A program made the position numbers and the translations under genes. The notes under the pieces are model-generated. The model did not search any database. It was not told the DNA's origin and saw only the letters and a program-made list of their open reading frames with translations. Below, piece after piece: positions 6,153 to 12,796 of a DNA stretch of 12,796 nucleotides. Each line of letters begins with the position of its first letter. Position 1 is the stretch's first letter. Source of the stretch: Candidatus Krumholzibacteriia bacterium (GTDB taxonomy: Bacteria; Krumholzibacteriota; Krumholzibacteriia; G020349025); NCBI GenBank assembly GCA_046757105.1, contig JBHHXQ010000051.1:1-12796 (forward strand). The letters are read 5' to 3'.

Positions 6153-6812
6153 GTGGATGGAATCGAGAGCGACGTGCTGCGGCTCGAGGATGTCGAAGTG
6201 ACGCTGGTGGGCGCCGGGCGCGCCGGGAGCCAGATCGCACTCGTGCTCGCTCAGCTCGGCGTGCGGCAGCGCATCTACGACGGCGACCGCCTCGGGCCGG
6301 AGAACCAGGGACTGCAGCTCTACCGCAAGGAGGACGTGACGGCCGGGAAGCAGAAGGTCGAAGCGCTCCGGGAGCACATCGGCTCCATCGTGCCCGAGAG
6401 CTGCATCGAAGTGCACGCAGAGGCCTTCGAGGCGCGCGAGGACCAGCGACGCTCACCGGTCGTGGTGATTGCGGTCGACACGATGGAGACGCGGCGTCGC
6501 CTCTGGGAGCGCCTCAAGAACGCCAAGGGCATCCTGCGGCTCCTGGACGTGCGGCTCGGCCGCGCCCTCGTGCGCCTGCACGAGGTGCGGCCGTCGCACC
6601 CGCAGGACGTCGCCGACTACGAGGCTTCGTTGCACGACGACGCGGTGGCTGCGGCGGCCGACTGTGCCGATGAAGCCACGACGCACGCGGCGGCCGCGGC
6701 TGCGGCTCTCGTCGGAGGCGCTCTGCGGGGCCTCGTCGACGACCTGCCGCGGCCGCGCTGGATCGCGCTCGACCTCGACCGGGCGATCTGGGCGAGCGGC
6801 AAGACGACGTAG
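6153..6812 (+). CDS. Minimal ThiF/MoeB/E1-like adenylyltransferase (219 aa)
   Basis: The product begins 'MDGIESDVLRLEDVEVTLVGAGRAGSQIALVLAQLGVRQRIYDGDRLGPENQGLQLYRKEDVTAGKQKVEALREHIGSIVPESCIEVHAEAF...VVVIAVDTMETRRRLWERL'. This is a Rossmann GxGxxG, followed by the acidic D.D, the N.Q/R/K ATP-phosphate region, and the 'AVDT' Mg-site Asp in E1-family order and spacing. No CxxC zinc pairs and no rhodanese domain are present. A single late Cys sits in 'AADCADEA'. GTG 6153 is the first start after in-frame TGA at 6129; the Shine-Dalgarno sequence is weak. Stop TAG at 6810-6812. Confidence 0.8.
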   Translation: MDGIESDVLRLEDVEVTLVGAGRAGSQIALVLAQLGVRQRIYDGDRLGPENQGLQLYRKEDVTAGKQKVEALREHIGSIVPESCIEVHAEAFEAREDQRRSPVVVIAVDTMETRRRLWERLKNAKGILRLLDVRLGRALVRLHEVRPSHPQDVADYEASLHDDAVAAAADCADEATTHAAAAAAALVGGALRGLVDDLPRPRWIALDLDRAIWASGKTT

Positions 6813-6822
6813 TCGGAGCCCG

Positions 6823-6860
6823 CCGCACGTGCGCGCAGCGCATCCCCAGGCGTTGCGCGC
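6823..6860. terminator. GC-rich hairpin(s) between convergent genes (E1-like + strand, peptidase - strand): candidate bidirectional terminator
   Basis: 10-bp perfect palindrome 'cgcacgtgcg' at 6823-6832. Then stem 'gcgcgcagcgc' (6831-6841), loop 'atccccag', stem 'gcgttgcgcgc' (6850-6860) gives 11 bp with one G.U. It lies in the 59-bp gap between stop codons at 6812 and 6872. No U-tract is present, which is common in high-GC genomes. Confidence 0.35.
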
Positions 6861-6871
6861 CCCGAGCCGCT

Positions 6872-8887
6872 CTACTGGAGCAACAGCATCTTCTTCGTGA
6901 AGCTCTGCGAATCCGTCTCGAGCCGGTAGAAGTACAGGCCTGAAGCGACCCGCTCACCGCGCTGGTCGACGCCGGTCCAGATGATCTCGTGTGTCCCGGC
7001 CACACGGCGCGTGTCCAGAAGAGTTCGAACCAGGGACCCCCTTGCATCGTAGATCTGCACGAGGACTTCGGACGGCCGCGCGAGGCCGAACCGTATGCGT
7101 GTGAGCGGATTGAACGGATTCGGACGGTTCTGCTCCAGGTAGGTGATCCAGGGTATGCTCTCGGTTCCGGTCGCGTACTCCGTGACGTCGCAGAGAATCC
7201 AGTGGCCGGGATCGAACTCGACACCCGTGACCGGATCGTCCAGCTCGACGAGAAACGCCTCGGTACGATCACCGACCCACAAGAGCGTGTCGATCTGCTG
7301 AACCGTAGTCGTGATCCGGAAGTCCACCGGCATCGTGTAGAGCTCCGCCTGCAGCTGGTCGATCACCAGACTCAAGTTCGTCTTGCCTTGCCAGGGATAG
7401 GAGTGCCAGGTCCATCTGTACTGCAGGCGATCCTCTCGGGTGAGCCATTCGTCGAAGAACCAGTCCAGTGGCGCGCCGTAGACGTCCTCGCAGACCCCCT
7501 CGAAGTCGTCGGTGCCGGCCATGCCGAAACGGAAGCGGGGATCGGCCACGTAGCTCTGCAAGATCTGGACGAACGAGCCGTCGCCGACGATGTGGCGGAG
7601 CATGTGCAGGACCCAGGCCGCCTTGTTGTAGACGACGTTGTCGAAGTAGTACCAGCGATCGGTCGCGTCCGGGTCCCGGAGGATCGGCCCCTGCCATTGG
7701 CCGGGCCGGTCTTTGCCCTCCATGTACGACCTGAGCTTCCCGGCGCCCTCCAGGTGCTCGAACCACAGCGCCTCGGCGTAGCTCGCGAATCCTTCATTCA
7801 GCCAGATGTGCGTCCAATCCTTGCAGGTGATGAGATCGCCGAACCACATGTGGGCCAGCTCGTGGGCGAAGACCCAGTCATAGGAATGGTTTCCGGTGAC
7901 GAGGGCAGAGCCATAGCTCGTGAGGGTCTGGTGCTCCATGCCGCCGCCGAGGTTGCAGAGGGCCACACCATACTTCTCGTCGACGAAAGGGTAGGACCCG
8001 AACGTCGTAGAGAAGAAGTCGAGCATCGGCACGGTGACGTTGAAATCCTCCTCGGCCGCAGCGACCAGGTCGGGATAGACGTAGTGAGTCACGGCCATGG
8101 TTTCCCCTGGGGCGTGAACGAAGGAGTCGTCCAACCGCACGTATTCCGAGGCGGCGATCGACGCCAGGTACGTCGCCATGGGGTAGTTCTCCCGCCAGTG
8201 GAATCGCCTGTAGGGGACTCCCCAGCGCGTCACATCCTCAGATCCGAGATGATCCCCGTTCGAAGCGGCAAAGAGGACGGCGGGAACGGCGAGATACAGA
8301 TCGAAGGTGGCCTTGTCGTCCGGATAGTCCTTGCACGGCCACCACGACCTGGCGCTCCAAGGCTCGCTCAACGAGAAGATCACCGGCGTCCCTTGATGGG
8401 TTGCGAAGAACAGCCCGGGGGCGCTGGCCGATCCCGGATTGCCGCCGAAACCGATCTCGATCGCGATCGAGTCGCCATCGGCGAGACCGGCGGGCAGGTG
8501 GATCGAGACCAGATCGGCCGGGCGACTCCACGCGAGCGTATCGCCGCCGGCCACCGTCACGGATGAAACGGTCAGGACATCGTCGGCGTCCAGATCGATC
8601 GTGTGGAGGCTGTCCACGAGGCTCATCACGGTGGCTCTGACGTAGCCCTCGACCGCCTGGTTGCCGGGGTCGAATGCCAGATCGAGTTCGTAATGCAGCG
8701 CGTCGAAGAGCAGTTGCGTGGGCGTCGGGCTCGGCGCGAGAAGAGCCTCGTGTCCCGGTCGCAGCTTCGCCCTGGCGATCTCCATCTTCCGGAGGATGTC
8801 GCCGTGGACGTCCTCGAGTGGAGCCTGGGCGAAAAGGGGAGCCGAAAATGTCGAGATGAACAGGGCTGCCAGAAGTGCAGGTCTCAC
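6872..8887 (-). CDS. Secreted M1-family aminopeptidase (aminopeptidase N-like) with a C-terminal T9SS (Por) sorting domain
   Basis: 671-aa ORF. N-terminal signal peptide 'MRPALLAALFISTFSAPLFAQA'. 'GGMEH' exopeptidase motif. Zinc site 'HELAHMWFGD...WLNEGFASY' (HEXXH-18-E). C-terminal ~85 aa 'NRPNPFNPLTRIRFGLARPSEVLVQIYDARGSLVRTLLD...GTHEIIWTGVDQRGERVASGLYFYRLE...KKMLLLQ' matches the Por secretion C-terminal sorting domain pattern. GTG start at 8887 with GAGGA upstream. Confidence 0.9.
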   Translation of the reverse strand: MRPALLAALFISTFSAPLFAQAPLEDVHGDILRKMEIARAKLRPGHEALLAPSPTPTQLLFDALHYELDLAFDPGNQAVEGYVRATVMSLVDSLHTIDLDADDVLTVSSVTVAGGDTLAWSRPADLVSIHLPAGLADGDSIAIEIGFGGNPGSASAPGLFFATHQGTPVIFSLSEPWSARSWWPCKDYPDDKATFDLYLAVPAVLFAASNGDHLGSEDVTRWGVPYRRFHWRENYPMATYLASIAASEYVRLDDSFVHAPGETMAVTHYVYPDLVAAAEEDFNVTVPMLDFFSTTFGSYPFVDEKYGVALCNLGGGMEHQTLTSYGSALVTGNHSYDWVFAHELAHMWFGDLITCKDWTHIWLNEGFASYAEALWFEHLEGAGKLRSYMEGKDRPGQWQGPILRDPDATDRWYYFDNVVYNKAAWVLHMLRHIVGDGSFVQILQSYVADPRFRFGMAGTDDFEGVCEDVYGAPLDWFFDEWLTREDRLQYRWTWHSYPWQGKTNLSLVIDQLQAELYTMPVDFRITTTVQQIDTLLWVGDRTEAFLVELDDPVTGVEFDPGHWILCDVTEYATGTESIPWITYLEQNRPNPFNPLTRIRFGLARPSEVLVQIYDARGSLVRTLLDTRRVAGTHEIIWTGVDQRGERVASGLYFYRLETDSQSFTKKMLLLQ

Positions 8888-9340
8888 GGAGTGTTTCCTC
8901 GTCGTTCACCCGGGCGACAAGCATAGCACGGAAACCCGCGCCCCGCGCCGTTCACATCTCGCGTTTCGAATGGACATCCCATCTGGCCGCGGGTGGATCG
9001 AGCCCGACAGGACGCTTGCAGGTCATGGTGCAACCTGGTTTCCAGGATGGTGCGGGCAGGTCGCCGAAATGTCTGGGGCTTCCGGGACCACACCGGGGGG
9101 CTGGTTTCGCTTCTCCCCGGCGCTGCACGGCGGCAGCCGGAGAATGCCGGACCCCGGGCTCCCCGCCGGATCGGCCCGCAGGAGTGCCGAAAGCCGATCC
9201 GTGGGGGACCGGCTGTGCGTGGCACGACGCGGAGGCGCACCTCCAGCCCCATGTGACCTACCGGGAGCGCCCGGCGACCCCCAGAACCGCTTGATTCTGT
9301 GGCCGTTCCACGATGGCGCGGGGTACGGCCGGGAGCCAGG

Positions 9341-9390
9341 TTGACATGCAGGGCAGATTGTACTATTCAACTAGAAGAGTAGTATTCTAG
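9341..9390 (+). promoter_or_regulatory. Candidate promoter (TTGACA-17-TATTCA) plus overlapping palindromic operator CTAGAA-N8-TTCTAG upstream of the GntR gene
   Basis: TTGACA at 9341-9346. TATTCA at 9364-9369 after a 17-nt spacer. Inverted repeat ctagaa (9371-9376) and ttctag (9385-9390) sits in an unusually AT-rich patch 'gtactattcaactagaagagtagtattctagagc' immediately 5' of the GntR start. The geometry is typical of an autoregulated GntR operator. Confidence 0.35.
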
Positions 9391-9413
9391 AGCAGTGAGG
9401 GTCGGTGGAAGCC

Positions 9414-9791
9414 ATGGAATACCTCATCGACACGAAGAGCGGCGTTCCCTACTACCGCCAGATCATCGAGCAGGTGAAGTTCGCCATCGCCCGGGGCGAG
9501 CTGCAGCCGGGGGACCAGCTGCCGACCGTGCGACAGCTCGCCGTCGACCTTCGCATCAATCCGAACACCGTAATCCGCGCCTACAGAGAGCTGGAGATCG
9601 GCGGCGTCCTCGACACCCAGCAGGGGGCCGGGACGTTCGTCGGCCGGCACCGCCCCGAGATCGACCAGCTCGAGAGGCAGCGGATGCTCGACCAGATCCT
9701 GACCGAATTGTTGGCTCGCGCTTCCACCTACGGCTTCTCGTTGGAGGAAGTCCTGGAGGGGCTGCGCCAACACAAGGAGGCGTCGCCATGA
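9414..9791 (+). CDS. GntR-family (YtrA-like short form) transcriptional regulator
   Basis: 'MEYLIDTKSGVPYYRQIIEQVKFAIARGELQPGDQLPTVRQLAVDLRINPNTVIRAYRELEIGGVLDTQQGAGTFV' is a classic GntR winged-HTH, followed by a short ~50-aa helical tail. ATG 9414 is preferred, with GGTGGA 4 nt upstream. GTG 9405 is an alternative start. Stop TGA at 9789-9791 overlaps the downstream ATG (ATGA). Confidence 0.85.
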   Translation: MEYLIDTKSGVPYYRQIIEQVKFAIARGELQPGDQLPTVRQLAVDLRINPNTVIRAYRELEIGGVLDTQQGAGTFVGRHRPEIDQLERQRMLDQILTELLARASTYGFSLEEVLEGLRQHKEASP

Positions 9792-10930
9792 GATCCGAGT
9801 CCAAGACCGGCGCGATGGGAAAGGCCCTCCCGGGATTCTCCCTCGAGAAGTTCGCCCTCACCATGCGCGCCGATTACCGTTTCGCGCCCGTCAACGTGCT
9901 GATGCTGGTGGCGATCTTCCTGATCGGCCTGACCGTGCACCTGAACCTGCACCCCTTCAGCGTGCAGGCGGTCGTCCTGAGCCTCGGTTCGGCGCTGGCC
10001 CTTTCGGCGCTGTTGCGATTGACCCAGGTCTGGGAGGCCATGGTCGTTCTCGGAACCGCGGATGGCTTGATCACCTACCTCGTGCTGCGGCCGGGAAGCG
10101 AGGTGCTTCTGGTGACCATCGCCGTGGCTCTGCTGGTGGCCCCGTCGATCCAGATCGCCTATCAGTGGGAGCGTGCGGTGCTGCTGCGCTTCGGCAAGTT
10201 CAGGGGGTTGCGGCAGTCCGGCCTGTTCCTGGTGGTCCCGATCATCGACAAGGTGGCACAGTTCGTCGATCAGAGGATCCGGGTCACCGACTTCAGCGCC
10301 GAGACCACGCTGACCTCGGACACGGTTCCGGTGAACGTGGACGCCATCGCCTTCTGGATGGTCTGGGACGCCCAGAAGGCCGTGCTCGAGGTGGAGCACT
10401 TCGACCAGGCGGTGATCCTCTCGGCCCAGACCGCTCTGAGAAACGCCATCGGCAAGAACGCCCTCGCGGACCTGCTTTCCGAGCGCGATCGGCTCGGCCA
10501 CGAGATCCAGAAGGTCCTCGACGAGAAGACCAGCGCCTGGGGGATCACGACCGAGGCGGTGGAGATCCGGGACATCACCATCCCGAAGGGGCTCGAGGAC
10601 GCAATGTCGCGCCAGGCCCAAGCCGAGAGAGAGCGGCAGAGTCGCATCATCCTCGGTACGGCCGAGACCGAGATCGCCGAGAAATTCGCCCGCGCGTCGG
10701 AGTACTACCAGGATAACTCGGTGGCTTTGCACCTGAGGGCGATGAACATGGTCTTCGAAGGACTGCGGCAGAAGGGGTCGATGATCATCGTTCCCTCGAC
10801 CGCCGTCGAAACGATGGGCCTGGGAGCCCTCGGCGGCTTGACCGCCTTCGGCCGTGGCTCCGGGGAGACTCCCGAGAATCCCGGTCGACCGCACCGAGAC
10901 GACGATTCTCCGTCCGATCCGGAAGATTGA
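9788..10930 (+). CDS. SPFH/band-7 (stomatin/prohibitin-like) membrane protein
   Basis: In frame with ORF 9395..10930. N-terminal hydrophobic segments ('VNVLMLVAIFLIGLTV', 'VVLSLGSALALSALL', 'VLLVTIAVALLVAPSI') are followed by the SPFH core 'YQWERAVLLRFGKFRGLRQSGLFLVVPIIDKVAQFVDQRIRVTDF...VNVDAIAFWMVWDAQKAVLEVE...' and a coiled-coil 'QAQAERERQ'. Translationally coupled to the GntR gene. Confidence 0.85.
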   Translation: MRSESKTGAMGKALPGFSLEKFALTMRADYRFAPVNVLMLVAIFLIGLTVHLNLHPFSVQAVVLSLGSALALSALLRLTQVWEAMVVLGTADGLITYLVLRPGSEVLLVTIAVALLVAPSIQIAYQWERAVLLRFGKFRGLRQSGLFLVVPIIDKVAQFVDQRIRVTDFSAETTLTSDTVPVNVDAIAFWMVWDAQKAVLEVEHFDQAVILSAQTALRNAIGKNALADLLSERDRLGHEIQKVLDEKTSAWGITTEAVEIRDITIPKGLEDAMSRQAQAERERQSRIILGTAETEIAEKFARASEYYQDNSVALHLRAMNMVFEGLRQKGSMIIVPSTAVETMGLGALGGLTAFGRGSGETPENPGRPHRDDDSPSDPED

Positions 10931-11003
10931 CTCGTCCGTTCCGGTATCGGCCCAACGCAGGAGAGCCTTCCCGATGCGGAGGACGCGAAAACCCTGATAC
11001 CGC

Positions 11004-12317
11004 CTACATCCTCTCCCGAAGGGAAGGCTGCAATACGAGGTGCAATCCGAAACCGATCTCGAGGTCTGCGAGCCCGACGGCTTCGTCATCGATGCCGACG
11101 TTCGCATCGAGCGCCACGACGGGATCGGGGAAGAATCGCAGTCCCATCGTGAACTCGAGCAGACTTTCGACGTCGACCTTCCCGGTGCTCGCGCCGAACG
11201 TGATCAGCGGTGACGAGCGAACCTCGGTCAGGAAGAACGTTTTGGGGTTGGCGGCGAAGTCCATGCCCAGCCCGAAGCTCGTGTGCACCAGCTTGTTCGG
11301 GAGCCCCGTCGCGAACTCGCCGCTGGGCGAGGAGAACCGGACCCCGTCGATCCTCATGTCGGTCGCATGCACAACCGCGTGCAGACGCGTTCGGCGCAGG
11401 GCGAGTGTCGCCGCGAGCCCTGCGGTGGTTTCGCGGTGTTCGTATGTGAGCTGATCTACCGGAATACCATCTTCACTGGTAAAGGGTCTGTTCGTGCTGA
11501 ATTGATTGTCGTCGGTCGCGGCGACATTGAACGCCACGTTCAGGCGCTCCTCGAGCTCGCGGCTCGCCCATGCGACCGGCACGCGGATGCGAAATCCGAT
11601 CAACGCCTCCGACTCTGGATCGATGATGTGCACGATCCGCGAGGAGGAAACGACAGCCTCACCGACTCCACCAAGCCCCAGGGAGACGACCCAACGTTCG
11701 TTGCGTTCGTCGTCGCTGAATCCGAATGACAGACCACCACCGGCATGCACTACAAGCGACGGAATGATGTCCCCTGTCGGCGAATCGAACAGGCGTGGTG
11801 GCAGGATCAAGGCCTTTGGACGAACCGTGAACGGTGGCTCGAAGCCAGAAGAGGACCCGGGTGCAGCCTGCTGCTGCACGCTTTCCTCCACGACAACGGG
11901 GATCACCGGAGCGACCTGGGCGGAAGCCGGGGTGAGGCTGCTTTCTGCTGTCGGCGCCGCTGCAACGCCAGCGCTGTCGAATGCGGCCACTTCGCCTGCG
12001 CGCTCCGTACTTCCCGCGCTCGCCGGGAGAGGGTGTGTACAAACCCCGGTCCCACACCTGATGCAGTAGCTCGCGTCCAGAGGGAGCAAGAGGCCACACC
12101 GCCAGCAGTACACCCCCTCCTTTGCAGCCGTCGGCTTGCCACACGCGTGGCAGTAGAATGCACCCTCCGGGTTGGTGGCGTCACAGTGCGCGCAAAGGAC
12201 TTCCGCGGCAGACGGAGCGTCGACGGACGGCGCGATCACAAACGCCAGAGCCAGCACGCAAGCGCTCGCCACGATCGATTGTCTTGTAGTGCACAGCGCG
12301 CCACGACCCGTCATCAT
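11004..12317 (-). CDS. Hypothetical exported/membrane-anchored protein with N-terminal double zinc-ribbon (2x CxxC...CxxC) and a beta-rich C-terminal domain
   Basis: ORF 11004..12323. ATG at 12317 has GGAGG 8 nt upstream; GTG 12323 is the alternative start. Hydrophobic segment 'SIVASACVLALAFVIAPSV'. First zinc ribbon 'CAHCDATNPEGAFYCHACG', second 'YCWRCGLLLPLDASYCIRCG'. An Ala/Pro/Ser-rich linker follows, then ~250 aa of alternating hydrophobic pattern. Stop TAG at 11004-11006. Confidence 0.65.
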   Translation of the reverse strand: MMTGRGALCTTRQSIVASACVLALAFVIAPSVDAPSAAEVLCAHCDATNPEGAFYCHACGKPTAAKEGVYCWRCGLLLPLDASYCIRCGTGVCTHPLPASAGSTERAGEVAAFDSAGVAAAPTAESSLTPASAQVAPVIPVVVEESVQQQAAPGSSSGFEPPFTVRPKALILPPRLFDSPTGDIIPSLVVHAGGGLSFGFSDDERNERWVVSLGLGGVGEAVVSSSRIVHIIDPESEALIGFRIRVPVAWASRELEERLNVAFNVAATDDNQFSTNRPFTSEDGIPVDQLTYEHRETTAGLAATLALRRTRLHAVVHATDMRIDGVRFSSPSGEFATGLPNKLVHTSFGLGMDFAANPKTFFLTEVRSSPLITFGASTGKVDVESLLEFTMGLRFFPDPVVALDANVGIDDEAVGLADLEIGFGLHLVLQPSLRERM

Positions 12318-12610
12318 GACCACAACCTCCTGGAAGGGTTTGATGCGCTTGAAAGTGTCGAGAGATGACGGGCCCTGTCAACCCACGGTGCACCGACAGA
12401 GCACCGACAGCCCCGGGCTCGCCGGACGCCATCCCAACGCGTTGCATGGCAACACGTTGCACCCCCAGCCCAGCCGAGGGATTCAAGGGGTCCGGTGCAC
12501 CGCGCAGGCCGTTCGGAGAACTGAAAGCCAGACCCCACCGAAGACAACGAGAGGGTTCCTCGTGACGCGGCAGGTGCGACCGGGTCCATGGCGCACCTCC
12601 TGTGCCCGCG

Positions 12611-12639
12611 TTGACACCCACTCGAGCGCCTGCTATACT
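12611..12639 (+). promoter_or_regulatory. Near-consensus sigma70 promoter: TTGACA, 17-nt spacer, TGcTATACT extended -10
   Basis: TTGACA at 12611-12616. 17-nt spacer 'cccactcgagcgcctgc'. TATACT at 12634-12639, preceded by a TGn element. It stands out in ~70% GC DNA. Oriented toward the gene starting at 12779. Confidence 0.5.
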
Positions 12640-12778
12640 GCGCGGGTCACGAGTGGCATGGCCTTTCAGTCAGGTGTGGCTGCCCTTCCGGTTGCTGCGC
12701 ACTCGGATTTCCTCTGCGTCCGCCGGTCGCGCCCTGGCCCCGAAGTTTCGCTTCAAGCACCACAGCAAGGGGTGAGGC

Positions 12779-12796
12779 ATGGGTTTCCGCAACGGC
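12779..12796 (+). CDS. Start of an unidentified CDS (MGFRNG...), truncated by the window end
   Basis: ATG 12779 is preceded by AAGGGG/GGTGAGG Shine-Dalgarno-like purines. It lies ~130 nt downstream of a consensus sigma70 promoter. An alternative ATG at 12658 (different frame, no Shine-Dalgarno sequence) cannot be excluded. Confidence 0.25.

Noticed and set aside
5120-6456. Several 195-267-aa minus-strand ORFs (5120..5923, 5439..6026, 5788..6456) opposite operon genes 3 and the E1
   Set aside because: Arg/Pro/Ala-dominated antisense translations overlapping better-supported + strand genes that have Shine-Dalgarno sequences.
6514-7272. 252-aa minus-strand ORF bridging the E1 3' end and the peptidase 3' end
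   Set aside because: It crosses the convergent intergenic terminator region and is off-frame to both real genes, with an Arg/Ser/Pro-rich translation.
6989-8566. 525-aa + strand ORF
   Set aside because: Antisense to the M1 aminopeptidase gene, which has unambiguous HEXXH...E and GGMEH motifs on the other strand.
9728-11107. 459-aa minus-strand ORF
   Set aside because: Antisense to the SPFH/stomatin gene, with an Arg/Gly/His-rich low-complexity translation.

Overview
High-GC (~68-70%) bacterial chromosomal segment. A C-terminal T9SS (Por) sorting domain on a secreted M1 aminopeptidase suggests an FCB-superphylum organism, possibly Gemmatimonadota-like.

Genes recognised by reading both strands, in window order:
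- 1..1405 (-): multi-PAS sensor histidine kinase, 3' end off-window.
- 1941..2580 (-): DUF72/YecE-family gene broken by two frameshifts.
- 2698..3696/3870 (-): unknown ~330-390 aa protein, divergent from the operon below.
- 4215..6812 (+): compact four-gene operon. It encodes a 75-aa ThiS/MoaD-like beta-grasp protein ending in Gly-Gly, two proteins of unknown function (the second with a tentative UBC/E2-like Cys motif), and a minimal 219-aa ThiF/MoeB/E1-like adenylyltransferase.
- 6872..8887 (-): the M1 aminopeptidase, convergent with the operon.
- 9414..10930 (+): YtrA-like GntR regulator translationally coupled (ATGA overlap) to an SPFH/stomatin-like membrane protein.
- 11004..12317 (-): signal/TM plus double-zinc-ribbon protein.
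- 12779..end (+): start of a gene driven by a near-consensus sigma70 promoter.

The Ubl-E1 operon with unrecognisable partner genes is the most interesting element. It may be a ubiquitin-like conjugation or antiphage (Bil/Bub/6E-like) cassette, or an atypical sulfur-carrier pathway.

No tRNA, rRNA, CRISPR or mobile element could be supported. Many long ORFs in the supplied track are antisense artefacts of high-GC DNA.
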